A program made the translations under genes and the position numbers. Shown here one piece after another: positions 36,856-49,800 of a stretch of DNA of 64,000 nucleotides (the first letter of the stretch is position 1; the number at the start of each line of letters is the position of its first letter). Under the pieces are notes generated by a model. That model saw only the letters and a list, made by a program, of their open reading frames with translations, did no database searches and had not been told where the DNA came from. Origin of the DNA: Lama guanicoe (lineage: Eukaryota); assembly GCA_013239625.1 (NCBI GenBank), contig MU053934.1:8329352-8393351 (forward strand). Direction: 5' to 3'.

Positions 36856-39692
36856 GCCAGAAAAACAGTGTATGTTCAATCAATAGCTGATTCTTAAAAA
36901 ATAAATAAATGCAGCGATCTCTGACCAATCTCATCAATTAAAAAGGGGGAAATAGATTAAATTAAGAAGCCAAATAAGGACATTACAATTACAGACAAGG
37001 TCTTCAAAGCCTAAGAGAATACTATGCATAATTTTATGCTAGTAAATCGGAAACTCTCCATGAAATGGACAATTTTCTTTTAAAGTCCCGAAAAGGATTA
37101 AAGTAGAGGTAGCTAATCTGGGATAGAAACGTCATTTATCATTTCTGTTACCCAATACCAGAAATTCCAGCCAATTAAACTTCATGAGAAAATAAATTGG
37201 TAGGTGGTGTCCTCGGCAACGAGACAGACCTTCTTCTCTGCCCAGGAGATGTGGCTCTTACCAGAAGCCCAGAAGCACCAGCAGGAAGCTACTGGAATCG
37301 TGGATAATTGAGAATTACAGCGTCTAAGTAGAAAAAGAAGGCAAAACTCAGTAAAAATCAGAGAATGGAAGGTAAGTGTGATGCCATTAAACCAAGGAAC
37401 AGCAACATAAGGCACAAGACCCGAGTAAAGGGGAACCCAAAACGCGATCGTGGGGCAGGGCTGGACTCGGCGAGCCCAGTGAGGTGCAGTTTAAGGGGGC
37501 CCCCATCTCAGGGGTGATTTTCCTTTCTCTTCTTGTTTTTAAAAAGCCAAGTCAGTCCAATATCTAGGAGTTAAATACATGAAGACCCTCAGGAGTATCT
37601 CTTTAACTCCTCAGAAAATATTAATTTCTCCTTCTGCTCTGTCCTAGATTTTATCAGACACTTTTATCAAACACTTCTGCTTACTGTCTGAGTCTTTTAC
37701 CATAGTATATGCGTCTGTGGGTCAGAGACTCTCATCTCTTTTAAGCTGTTCATATAAATTTTCTTCTAACATTTCCTAATTGTGTACTCTCTAACAGAAT
37801 TTTAAAATATTTTAGAGCCCCCTAAGAAAAAAAAATAATGAAGCCGTTGGGCCACTAGTAAGGATGAGACTTACAAAAAATTGCTGACTTTTTAAATTAA
37901 ATCTTTTTGGTGCAGGTGAATTCACAACATGTTCCTGTGACTTTAATCCAACATAATTGATTACTGGTTGACTAATGAGAGTGACTGTGAGTGAGAGAAC
38001 TTCACCCAAGTGGAAATAAAAATGGATTTAAATTTTCCAATAATCTTCTGACAAAAAAAAATTAAAATATTTTATGAGTTTGAATATATGTTCAATAACA
38101 TATAAAATATACTTTTAAAAAATGCCAAGTCAGGTTTAGGGTGAAGAAAGCCACAGGATAAGAATTATAAAACAAAGCAAAACAAAACAGAAAAACACAA
38201 ATCCTTGGCCACTCAGTCAACAGGCCAAACCCAGCTCACTGCAAAATCAAGCACTTGCCAAATGTTTTCTTTGTTTACTTATATTGAATAAACAAAGAAC
38301 TGTAAAAAAAAAAAAAAGAAGAAGACGCAAGCCACAAGAGAACACCACTCCCACCATAACAATGAGACAAAGCTGCATAATCTCCAAAAGCACAGTTTTT
38401 CTTGAGCCCGTGAGCGAGCTAGGGTCCTGAGGAAACAAGGAAGGGAGGCAGATTCTATAGGGTGCAGCCCCTCCGGACAGAGACGGGCACCGGCTGCTCC
38501 ACCTTCAGCCCCGCGTGGAGGGAAGGGGCACCTCAAAGGCAGGTGAGGAGAGAACACTAACATTTAATCAGTTCTTAGAGGCCGAATACGGGATAGTGTG
38601 ACTGTTCGGAATGACCGGGAGCCCCAGACACAGTGGAGGCCACACTCACTCACCAGTTTTTTCCCATGGGCCCCAGCTCAGTGACCACGGGGAAGAGTGG
38701 GGACAGGACAGGAGACCAGAGACAGCTGTGCTTCCTTCGATACGTGAACCTGCCAGGCAGCTCCCTTTCCCAGACCCTCCTCTTCTACAAAACACAGCCT
38801 CCAGCCACCAGGGAGTGGCAGGAAGTCCTCCCAACCTCAAGGCCGGGGGAGGAACCCCCAAGACGTAAAAGGCATCATCTATCTTACAAACTATGAAAAA
38901 GAAGCGTGAATGCAACCCAAAGTAGGCAGAAGGAAGGAAATCATCTCCGTAAGAGCAGAAATCAATGATATGGAAAACACAGGCAGTAAATCAATGACAT
39001 TAAAAATGGTACTTGGCAAAGGTCAATACAATTGATAAATGTCTTCAGAATGATTAAAAAATACACATTATTATGCAATAAAAAAAAGGGGAAACACTCA
39101 AGGTCTTATAGACTTCAGAAAGATAATTATGGAATATTTTCAACAACATTATGCAAATAAATTTGCTAACTTTGATAAAATGGACAAATTCCCCTCAAAG
39201 ACACGTGCTACCAAGGCTCACTAAAGAAGAAACATCGAACACCTTATCACCACGAAGACAACTCCAGGCCCCGATGGTTTCCCTTAAATTTTCTACCAAA
39301 CAATTAAGGAAGAAATAATCTAACCTTACATAAGCACTTTCAGAAAACAGAGAGGCATAGAGCTCCCAATTTGTTTTATGAGGAGGGCATAACCCTGCAG
39401 CAGAGACACTGCAGAAACGAACACTCCAGATCAATATCCCTGCTGATAACAAAGCAAAAGGCGCCCTCAAGTCCTGGCCGGAAGAGGCACCGCTTTATTA
39501 AAAGGGGAACACTCCGTTACCGAGCTGTGTTCGCCCTAAGAATGCAGGGCTGGTTTATCATTTGAAAATCTATCAGTTTAATTCACTGTGTTAACAGAAT
39601 AAAAGAGAAAAAATATGATTGTTTCTGTTGCAGGAAAAGCATTTTACAAAATTCAACAGCCATTTGTGATTAAAAAAGAAAAGAACTCTTAT

Positions 39693-39800
39693 GGGGAGGA
39701 TGTGGCTCAGAGGGAGAGTACGTGCTTAGTGTGCATGAGGTCCTGGGTTTAATCTCGGGTACCTCCATTAAAACACTAACTAACTAACTAACAGACTAGG

Positions 39801-39831
<31 letters not shown>

Positions 39832-39879
39832 AATCAAACATGCCCCCACCCCAAATAAATAAAATGGTTAAAAAAAAAA
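39693..39879 (+). mobile_element. tRNA-derived SINE, Vic-1-like, inserted in L1
   Basis: Same head sequence, (TAAC)n/(TAAA)n tail, approximate TSD AAAAGAACTCTTA / AAAAAACCTCTTA. Confidence 0.85.
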
Positions 39880-40604
39880 CCTCTTAACAAGTTAGGGATA
39901 GACAGAAATTTCTTGCATCTGTTAAGAGGCATGTGTGAGAAATCTCCTGCTTAGCATCGTACCTAATGGTGAAACTCTGAGCACGTTCCCCCAAGAGTCA
40001 GCAGTAAGGTGAGGTTATCCGCTCTGTGGCTTCTGGCCAACGTCGCACTGGAAGTCCTCGGCAGGGGAAGAGGCGAGAAAGAAAAATCAAAGGCATCCAC
40101 AATGAAAAGACAGACATAAACTCTTTTTACTCACAGAAAATACGATCATGAGTGTAGACAACCCTAGAGTCTAAGGAATAACTACCAGAATAAACGAACT
40201 TAGCAAAGTCACAGAATAAAAGCAAACGGAAAAAAGAAGTTTGGGTTTTATTCATTAGCAACAAACAATTGCAAAATGAATTGTTTTTAAAAAATCACGT
40301 TTACAATACCATCGGGAATCACAAAATCCCTAGGAACACATTCACACAAGAGGTGTAAGGCCACCAACTAAAACCTGCTAGACTGCTAAGAAGAATTAAA
40401 CTCTGAACAAAGTGTGCAGGAAACCACATTTTTGCATTGGAAGACTCAATATTATTAAAATGTCAATTCCCAGCCACTTTAATCTGTAGATTCAATTCCT
40501 TCCCCATCATAGTCCCAGCAGGCTTTCTTAATAGAAATTGATGAAATGATTATAAAATGTATATGGAATTGCAGAGGACCCAAAATAGAACTACGGTCAC
40601 AGAA

Positions 40605-40728
40605 ATGCCCCAGTGAGCATTTTAAATGTGGTTACTGCATCCAAGGAACTAAATCTTTCATTTTACTTAATTTTAATAAATTTAAACAGCCACATGTGTC
40701 TAGTGATTTACTGCCTGGGTAGCACAGA
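40605..40728. mobile_element. MER3/MER33-like hAT-Charlie DNA transposon fragment
   Basis: AAATGTGGTTACTGCATCCAAGGAACTAAATCTTTCATTTTACTTAATTTTAATAAATTTAAACAGCCACATGTGTCTAGTG interrupting L1 ORF2. Confidence 0.75.
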
Positions 40729-42601
40729 TGTACAGTAACTACGGCAGGAAGAACATCACTGCAGCATTTACACGCCCTGAGTTCAAAGCTGACTACAAAG
40801 TCACGGTAATCAGGACGGCATGGCGCTGGCGTGGGAACAGACAAACAGATTTATGAAACAGGAGGAGGAGTCCAGACGTAGACCAACTCTATTTGGTCAT
40901 TTGATTTAAACAAAGTCCCCAAAGCACTCCGATGGAGAAACAGTCTTTCCGCAAGTTATTCTAAAGCGACTGGATATCCGTGTGGGGAAGAAAACAAGTT
41001 TTAACTCCACTTCATATCATCCACAAAATACTTATTTGAGATAGATCAGAAATCTACATGTAAAAGTTAAAACTGTAACTTTTTAGAAGAAATTAGAGAA
41101 TATATTTCCGTCTCAGGGACTGGCAAAAGTATTTAGGACTGGCGCGGAGGCACCGGGGAAGCTTCTGTGTCATAGCGGTCTGTGTCTTGACAGGGGCTTG
41201 GGTGACAGTGGCGTATGCGTGTTTCAGAACTCCCCAAATCGTCTGCTTAAGACTGGTGGTTTCCCTTTCCGTGAATCAGCCCCCTCCTCTAAATAAAAAA
41301 AAGAACTGCAAACAAACGTTGACACCTACTTAGTGAGCTGTACGCTGACGTGTTTACGAGCGGAGAAGTCTCGTGTTTTTCACTTACTTTGCTAGGGCAA
41401 TAAGAGGAAGAGATATTAAGGATGGACAGAAAGACGGATGGATACGTGATAAAAGAAATTTAGCAAAATGTTAATTGGAGACTCTAGTTGGACGTATGGA
41501 CGTGTCTGATAAGAGTTTTTTCAACTTTTACGTGTGTTTGAAAAAATGACGGGGTGCGGAGGACGATACATTAATGACTAGCAATAAAAAGGCTCAGAAC
41601 CATCAGAAACCAGGGAAATGTACAATAAAACCAGCATGGGATAATTACCACACGCCCACCGGCGCGGCTGCATCAAGATGACGGGCAGTACCGAGTGAGG
41701 AGAGGAACGGGACCAGCCTGAACCCCAGCACAACTGACACGGACATGAAATGATGCAACCATTCTGGAAGGCAGTTTGGCAGTTTCTTACAAAGTTATAC
41801 ACCTGACCTAAGACCCAGCAACCCGGTTTCTCGTATTTACCCAAGAGAAATGCAAATAGGTGGGCATGAAAAGGCTTCTGTCGGGTGCATGTAGCAACTT
41901 GATTTGTATTGGCTCAACCTGGAACCAGCGTGGATGCCCATTAGCAGACGAGCGGCTAACCAGCTAGGGTCTATTTACAGGACGAAGGGGAGCATTGATC
42001 AGCAATAGAAAGTAACGAACTTCCAATCCATGCACCAGCCAACACGGAGGCATCTCAGAAACAGCATAATGAGCAGAAGAAGCCTAACTACAACAGAGTG
42101 AGCACTTCATGAGCCCATCTTTGTGAAGATCCAGACAAGTCAAAGCCAATCCATGGGCGGAAATTAACACAGTAGTTGCCCCGGAGGCGTGGGCAGAGGC
42201 TGGCGGGCAGAAGGCACGACGGAGCTTTTTGGAGTGATGGAAACGTTCTACATTCTGATTTTGGGGGTGGTTACATGAGTGCAGACATTTGTCAAAACAC
42301 ATCGAAGTATGCACTTAAGCTCTCCTCACTTTACTGTCTGTAAATTGTATCTTGATTTGTTACAAATGGAGCCAGCCAGGGAGGACCAGCTACACAGTTA
42401 CTTACCTCCGTATAAGGAAATATTCTGAAACCGTGAGCTTGTTTTCAAAAAACATATGTAACAATGTGGTAAAAATGTGTATCGTATTAACTCAGTTTTA
42501 TGGAGAACAGAAAATTGTACATTCAGTGTAATCCCAAATCTGAAAAAAAAAGCCTCTTTCTTTGAGTCAAAGACTATTGATTTTAAGACCAAGCACAAGG
42601 T

Positions 42602-42733
42602 GGGGAGGGCATATCTCAAGTAGTGGAGCATGTGCTTGGCATGCACAGGTCCTGGGTTCAATTGCCAGTGCCTCCTCTAAATAAATAAATGAATCAACCA
42701 AATTATCTACCCCCTCAAAAAAGAAAAAAAAAA
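42602..42733 (+). mobile_element. tRNA-derived SINE, Vic-1-like
   Basis: GGGGAGGGCATATCTCAAGTAGTGGAGCATGTGCTTGGCATGCACAGGTCCTGGGTTCAATT, A-rich tail, degenerate TSD AAGACCAAGCACA / AAGACAAACACA. Confidence 0.8.
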
Positions 42734-45207
42734 GACAAACACAGATTTGAATAATCACTTTTCCTCTTCGGGACCACAGTCAGGTTTGAGTGTAAGCCCC
42801 CTTTTCCACTCCACATAAAGCCCCTGGAGAGGTCTCCTCGGACCCCATCTTCCATCCTCCCTGGACAAGATACACATGGGTTTCTCGTTCTCCTCCCCTG
42901 GGAGAGTGAGGGCTCCCTGAGGGCAAAGTCTCCGTCTTGCTCACCGTTGCCCCTGCAGCTTTGGAACCGTGTCTGGCAGACAGCGGGGGCACAGTTTTCT
43001 CATTCTGATTCCAAAGCTGATTCTAACCCCTCCGGGCAGTTGGTGTGTGAAGGTCAGCCTCTCCCTGGCGAGCTAGTTTCATGCCCTAAGGCTGCTTTAG
43101 GATTGAGAATACCAGGGTTTTCTCTGCTTTTCCTGTTTTGTTATTTCATAGCTTTGTGGGGTTTTTCATCATTTGAGCGAATTAAGCGCAACGGCACTTA
43201 ATTTATGGCGGCATCTGAACTCGTTAGGGTTATAAATGGAAACCATTTTATTTCTTCCAAACCCCAATCCGGAGGGATCTGTTGAACCCCTTCTCACTAG
43301 GTGGGAGGTCCCTGCAGGATATCTTGGCCATGTTCCAAGGTTTTCTTGTCATTTTTGTCTGTAGAACTGTCTCTTGTTAAGACTAAGCCCTGTTTACCTC
43401 TAAAGAATGTTCGGCTCAGACACAATTTGGATGCGTCTCCCTCCGTCTCCCCAGTGCTGGCCCGCGCTCTCTGTGGCCCTGGTGGCTGGGAGGGGCTGGG
43501 AGGCCTTCTCTTGACTGGACTTCCTTCTTCATTGCCAGGCCATAGATGATCCTGGGGTCTGTGACCCTGGGGAGGGGGAGGGCAGAGAAGGCGCAGGGCT
43601 CCAGGCAAGGTTTTGCAACCCCTCTGCCGCCCCGACTCGGGCCGGGTGGGCGGGTGCCCACTCCACCTGGGCCGCCCCCACCTCCACCGCTGCTGGCTGA
43701 CCCAGCTGTCGTGCTCAGCGCTCCGTGCAGGTGGCCTTGTGTGCCCCACTCTGGGGGGGTCCTGGCGGCACCCCCCCAGACTGTGCCTCGGAGCCCAGGC
43801 CTCCTCTGTGGTACGGGTCTGCCGTCTTCACAGTGTCTCCCAAGATCACCTTGCTCATTAGCACTGATCACTCCGGTGGAGGAGAGAGCACAGAGGAGCC
43901 ATCCACCCGCATCCAAGGGTGGGAACTGCCCCGCCCCCGAGCCACACCCAGGAGTCTGGGAAACGCAGTCAAGCTTTTTGCCCAGAAAGAAGAGAAAGGG
44001 CTTTGGTAAAGAAGCAGGCAGCCCATGCAGCCTTTTGGTTCTGGCAGGATGGCACGTCTAGGACCTCCCTCCCAGCGAGGGTGCTGGTGGCAGCAGCGGT
44101 CCACGTTGAGAACACGGTTTATCTGTTGCTTGTCCTTCTCATCGTTGGGTCTTGGCTGTAGCAGGGAAAGCCCAGCTCAGCACCCTGCGATAGCGCATTC
44201 CTAGAAATTAAGTAACTTTTCTTGACAGCAGGCTTTAGCAGATGCCTGGGGCCCGAGGTGGCCGATGGAGGCTGATGGACAAGTCACGTGAGCCTCCCTC
44301 GTCTTTGAGAACGCTCAGATGCGGTCGGAGAGAGTCGGCAGTTTCTACTGGTTTTAATTGTGATGCTTGGTGTGTGAGCGGCTGGCTTTTGGGGACACAT
44401 TACTGTGGAGAAGACTCCACAGCTCCACCCGGCTGTTCTGGAACCTGGGGGAGCACCACTGAAAGAGGTGGCCAGGTCCTTGTAACCTCTTAGGACCAGC
44501 CGTCTGGGGCCCGCCAGTACAGCCATGTGCACGCTGGACTTTTCCAAGCAGAAGACACTGACTCGGCAACAGGCTAGCCAGCTGGAACACCGATTCTCAC
44601 CCCTGACCCCAAACCCAGCACCAGGTGCAGAGGAGCACTGGCTGAAGCCCCAGGGGCAAGGCCTTCTGCAGGCAGGAAGCGGCGGCCACCCCATCCTACA
44701 GGGCTCCAGCCTGCACACAACAGGCCAAAGCAATGATGCCTTTCCAAGCCCTGCACCTGTCTGTACTAGAATCTCGGGCAAATTTTAGAATTAGGGTTTC
44801 TGTTCATCTGGTGAGAACAGCTAAGAAAATCTGAAGGGAAGACCCCACAGGATATGAATACAAAACTTAAACCCCCATTTGTTTAAAAAAGGGAGGTTCC
44901 GGGGGAAGTAAATGGGTTCACTGGGTAATAGAAAAGTTGGCCCTAAGATAGATCAGGTTTTCAGATGTGATGAAGGAAACGCACAGACCGATGAAGGAAA
45001 GAAAAGAAGTCAACAGGTGAGCTCAGGACAGTGGTTTAAATATTAGGCAGAGTCATGCTGGAACCTCACCCCACACACACGCCAAACCAATCCCAGAGAT
45101 AACCATTAATTCTAGAGGGAAACGAAGCCTTTAAGCTTGAAGCAGTGGAAGAAACCACAGAGGCTGGACGGAGATGTTTGCCAGATGCCGGTTCTCGCCT
45201 CTTCTTA

Positions 45208-45678
45208 GAGCAGAGGTTCCCAAAGCAGGCAAGACCCTCCCCGGGTCTGGGAGGTATTACTGTTTCCGTTAATAATCCCAAAATATCCTGAGCCTTTCCT
45301 GCTCTTGCTGTTATGAGTGCACAGTGGAATTTTTCAGAGGCTACATGACACATGATCTTGCAAAAGATGAAGTGCAGAGGCAGGTCTAGGGCTCCAGCCG
45401 TCTTCCATTCGGCCAGACGTTCAAGAAATTTGCAAACCGTGAAGTGATGCCACTTGTCTCACGAAGTTTTTTGAGAAAGTGGTTTTCTTTAAAATATGCT
45501 ATTTGTGTCCTCATGTAATGAGTTTATTTTCAAAGTGATATTTTTAAACATTGTTTTAATTTGTAACATGGTAAAATATCAATAAATAAGAATCCATGTA
45601 AGTAGAAGTTCTTTGTGGACCTAAAGGATTTTTAATGGTGCAAAGAGATTCTGGGACCAAGAGGTCTGTGACCTGCTC
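45208..45678. mobile_element. Charlie1-like hAT DNA transposon relic
   Basis: CAGAGGTTCCCAAA terminus and internal TTTTCAGAGGCTACATGACACATG...GCCAGACGTTCAAGAAATTTGCAAA resembling the Charlie1 consensus. Confidence 0.7.
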
Positions 45679-45899
45679 TTGGTCCATAAGCATCTGGGCG
45701 GGCCTGTCTGACCCATCTCGGACCCCCAGCCCCCAGCACATCCACCTGCGCAACAGTCCAATAAACTTTTAGTACCTGCTCTGTGCCACGCACGCTACAG
45801 GTGCCGTGGTACAGCCGTGAGCAAAAGGGACACATACACGTGTCTGCCTTGTTGGTCTGGTGGGCACAGTGCCCAGTGAGGGAATGGGTTGGCTACGTA

Positions 45900-46700
45900 T
45901 CGTTAAAATTGCAGTAAAACACGCTTATAAAAATGTAAAAAGCTGGAAACGTGTGCAGCGAATATGACACACAACAGGTTAACATCTTTAATATATAAAG
46001 AGCCGATACAAATTTATCAGACCCCAGGAGGGACGAGCAAAGGACACCGACAACCCACAAAAGAAACACAACTGCTTAACATGAAAAGATGTTCTACTTT
46101 GCTAGAAATCAAAAAAAAAAAAGGCAAACTAAAATTCATTGGTATTTTTTTATGATCAGATTAGCAAATACTTAGCCAGTGCCAGCGAGATAGTAAAATG
46201 GGCACATCCGTCCTCGCTGGTGGCAGTGTAAATGGATACGGACGTTTCTGGAGACCGTTCATCAATGTGTAATAAGAGCCTTATAGGCTTTCATATTCTT
46301 TAACTCAATAATCCCACGTCTGAGAATCTATCCTAAGGAAATAACTTGACATTGGGAAAAGCTTTATACACAAAGACATTCATCGATTTCTAACAGTGAA
46401 AAATTAGTAACAGCACTGGTGACCAACCATTGGCACTGCTTGATGGAGGAGCGCACAGCCATTTCAAAATAAAACCAGTAATAACATGGGGGGAATGCCC
46501 AGTGATGCAAGTGGAAACAGCTACACGACACTGCATCGTTACAGAAGGTAGGACCACAACTGTGTTAAAACAAGCAGAGAAACCATGATTGGGGGAGGGG
46601 TGGAGCGAGGGAGACTGGAAGGAGACACACCAAAACGTTAAAACTTTTTCTCTTCCTACTACTTTATTTTCCAAAATTCCTGTAACGTGTAGGTTGGCTT
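45900..46700 (+). mobile_element. Ancient LINE-1 (L1ME-like) 3' fragment
   Basis: AACATGAAAAGATGTTCTAC, GCTGGTGGCAGTGTAAATGGATAC, TGAGAATCTATCCTAAGGAAATAA. Confidence 0.75.
46663..46668 (-). terminator. Candidate RTL6 polyadenylation signal
   Basis: First minus-strand AATAAA I could find downstream of the stop (~3.6 kb 3' UTR). An ATTAAA variant lies at 49119-49124 and another AATAAA at 45523-45528, so the 3' end is unresolved. Confidence 0.3.
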
Positions 46701-48089
46701 TGATCATGAAAAGAACTAGTGCGTTGCTGCTTGTTTACGGAGAGCAGCTCATGATGCTGCAGCAAGGAGCTGGTGTTACCCCGCCTCCTCTACTGCGTCT
46801 GCGCTGTGCCAAGCACCGCACCCCACGTCGGGACCCCGAGACAGGACTTCACACGCGTGGTGGGTGATGGGGCCGTCCGAGCCCGTCTTCTCCCCACACT
46901 GGCCAGCTCTTGCTGCCAGCCCAACAATCTGCTCTGGCTTCCTCCTCCAGGGCCCCAGCTTGCGTCTTCACCTCTAAGCCCCTAACCTAAGGCTTCCCGA
47001 GCAGAGGGGACTGTGGTCTCACAGCTCTGGCTGCGAGACAGAAGGACGTCCCCAAAGCTCTCTCCCCCCTCTCCCCACCCAAACTCCACCCCTGGTCGCT
47101 CGCCCCTGTGTGGGTCCTTTCACACTCGTGCGGCTCCTCCCTGCAGGTACCCTAAGTACATCCCCACCTCTCCCCACATTTGTTCATTCTCCTAAAGGCC
47201 AAATTGTCACGCTCGTGGTCACCGAGCCGCTGGTTCTGTTCCTCTTCTGAGCACAGCAGCTAGCGCATCAGGGAAGTCTTGCCTGCATCTTACGGGGTGC
47301 CCACCTGCACCTTCACGGGGTGCCCTGCACTCTGTGTCATTTCTTACTCACTACATACTCACCTGGGACCAATGAGCTGGGTGTCTGCTCTTTCCTAGAA
47401 GTTACCGAAATGCTTTAGGACATGAAGTGAATCCCAAGATCACACTACATCAGGCCAGAAGTTACCCCTGATTCTAAATCTGATCTCAAACGATGCCGTT
47501 ATGCAATGAAGCTGAATTACCAGATGGGGTACCACATAGACCAGGAAACAGACACAATATAGTCCAAAAGGCAACACCATGAAAAACATAAAGCTTTCCC
47601 TCACATGCACCGTTTCACACTACTAACTGCCTGTCTCTTTTATAAATCGGTAACTGTTCTCTTAAATTTAGAGAAATCACAAGCCCCACATATGTACAAA
47701 GCAGCTCCCCTCCTCCGCCGCCGTCTCCCACCCTTCCTCCTGGTCACGTGGTCTTATGCTGGGTCGCGTGGAGCTTGGGTCTCATCCTCTTTAGCTGGGG
47801 ACCAGGCTGTCTTCCACTAGGGCCACCAGGGGCTCCCAATGTGGGGCTTCCTCCAGGTGCAGTGTGGCGGCGACCCCGAGCCCCTCACCTACCCCCGCTT
47901 CCAAAGTTGCGGGAAGCTGTCACGAAGGTCGCGGACGTACAGCACCAGTCCCAAGCCCGTAAGCACCAGCAGGCAAAACACAGCCGCGTCACCAAGCACA
48001 ACGAAGCTGGAGCGGCCTGCGTGGGCGGCAGCCCACCCGGGGAGGGCCAGGCCACCGGGTGGTGGGGACGGACAGGCAGCATGCCAGCC

Positions 48090-49800
48090 TCGGAGGAGCG
48101 GCTCCGGCTCTGGTTACGTGCAGCCTTACAACGGAAACGCAGCGCTTGATGCAAACAGGGTAGGGATCGTAAAGACCACTCGGGTAGCCCCAGGGGCTGG
48201 CGAGCAGTCCTGCCCTGCTCCTGTGCTGGGCCTCCCACCCCGGCGGGGCCAGGCCACGTGGAAAACTTCAAGGTGTCAGTTACCCCTGGAGGCCTCCTTT
48301 ACCCCAGGTGTCACTGGACCCCTTCCTCTGCGGGCCCTCTACCTGGCAGGCACGCAGAAGAGAACTGAGCACAAAGCGCAAGTGGTCCGCACCCCCCACG
48401 AGAGGTCCCACCCACCAGAACAGCAGCCTCACTGTGTGTCCTCCCCCACTTCATGCTTAATGAGCACCATGGTCCCGCCTGAACAGCCTCGGCTGGAATC
48501 CAGGGGGGCTTGAAGCCTGAATTCAGGCAGTTGTTCAGCAGGGCAATTGGGCTAACAAGAGTTTATGATGAACGGTGGCAGTGGTCCACGAACCCCAGCA
48601 ACCACTGGACATCCTTGACCCTGTAGGCAGCAGTTGCTTCAGGAACGCAGCCACTTTCCCCAGCATCGTCAAAACTCTTAGGAAGAGGAGATGGGCTCTA
48701 GGACCCAGCCTCTGGGTACCCCAAGACGCAGTCCTCGGTTGGGCACAGAGGCTGTGTTCGGCAGTCAGGCTGGGACCAGTCAGAACCGGGTGGGTGAACC
48801 CAGGGTAAGACAGCTCGTCTCCCCATGGCCCAGGTGGTCATGGAAACGTGGTTCGTTTGGCACTGAAACACGGCAGGGGCATCACAGTCCAAGGGCTCGG
48901 CCAAGTCTCATTTAGAAGGTGACTCTGGGCGTCCCCTGGGAGGGAGCCCAGGGCCATCGCTACCAAGAGGCACAGCTCTGTCCCCCGGAACTAGGACTGA
49001 GTGCCGGTGCTGCACTGTCACCGCATCAGGACCGGGGCAGTCCACAGCATGGCCCTCTACAGATGCCAGCGAGGCCCTGGCTGGGACTGCCACCGGCAGA
49101 CACCCTCCTGCCTCAGGGTTTAATGATGCAGCCCAGGAAAGCTGGGTCTCCGGCTCTGAGTCCATGTTTCCTTGGACAAAGGCTGGACACCTGATGGACA
49201 ACCCAGGCCTTGGGAGGCAGGCTACATAGAGGCTTTGGAGACCTAGAGACCACGTGTATGGCTGAAGGGGCTCAGGTGAAGACCGCATGTCACCCGAACA
49301 GAGAAGTGAACAAGTCTCAAGCTAGACAGGTCCACCACGAAGTACCATGGGGCAGAGGCGGGGGACCGCACCCTACCGCTGGGGTCCCGGGGAGCAAAGG
49401 GAGCCCGAGACCCCACCCTTCGGCCTGCTGGGGGCTCAGGCATGGATGGAGACTTGATGGAACTGCCCGGTGATCCAAAGTCACAATGACCTTCTCAGCA
49501 GGCATGTTCCAGATACCCCACAATTCCTGGCACTATCGGAGCACCGGCAGCTAGAGCCAGGCATTAACAGAGGTGCATCCCCCAGGGCTCCCCCCAGGGC
49601 TGCATTATGAGTCTTCCCCAGTCGCAACCGTGGGGCCTACTGACTGCATATTCATGTGCAGAGCGAGGCCTGCCACCTAGAGATGCCAGGATACACTCCC
49701 AGCAGTGATCACTTGGCCACTGACAGCTGAGACGAGGCGCCTGCCTGCTATAGTGGGCCCCACAGGGCTGGCAATTGCCTGTGGGCGGGAAGCCAGACTC
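48090..49800 (-). pseudogene. Degenerate Ty3/Gypsy pol remnant (protease, RT, possibly RNase H) downstream of RTL6
   Basis: Minus-strand translation with frameshifts gives ordered motifs: LVSAVSGQVITAGSV (49692-49736), SEPET (~49145-49159), VDCPGPDAVTVQHRHSVL (48992-49045), P(F)GL(C)xAPAVFQ..NHV(F)HDHL (48831-48895), KVAAFLKQLLP/RVKDVQWLLGFVDHCH/RFI (48561-48657). Confidence 0.8.

Larger units (their letters stand above)
38860..42360 (+). mobile_element. Old LINE-1 ORF2 and 3' UTR fragments with nested SINE and MER insertions
   Basis: A-rich sense L1 signatures: GATAAAATGGACAAATTCC, AATGCAGGGCTGGTTTATCATTTGAAAATC, GGAAGACTCAATATTATTAAAATGTCAATT, GGCAGTTTGGCAGTTTCTTACAAAGTTA. Confidence 0.88.

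Noticed and set aside
37460..38000. Possible hAT transposon internal fragment
   Set aside because: AT-rich and suggestive, but I could not identify termini or a transposase motif.
46700..48090. Integrase remnant, polypurine tract or 3' LTR of the ancestral element
   Set aside because: No HHCC/DDE-like motif or LTR recognised in the part I translated by eye (~47760-48090), and the rest was not translated; needs a profile search.
49670..49683. CTCF-like motif TCTCTAGGTGGCAG (minus strand)
   Set aside because: Two mismatches in the core and no independent support.
48090..49800. Functional protease or reverse transcriptase
   Set aside because: Multiple frameshifts and stops, no intact DSG/DTG or YxDD catalytic motif; reported only as a fossil.
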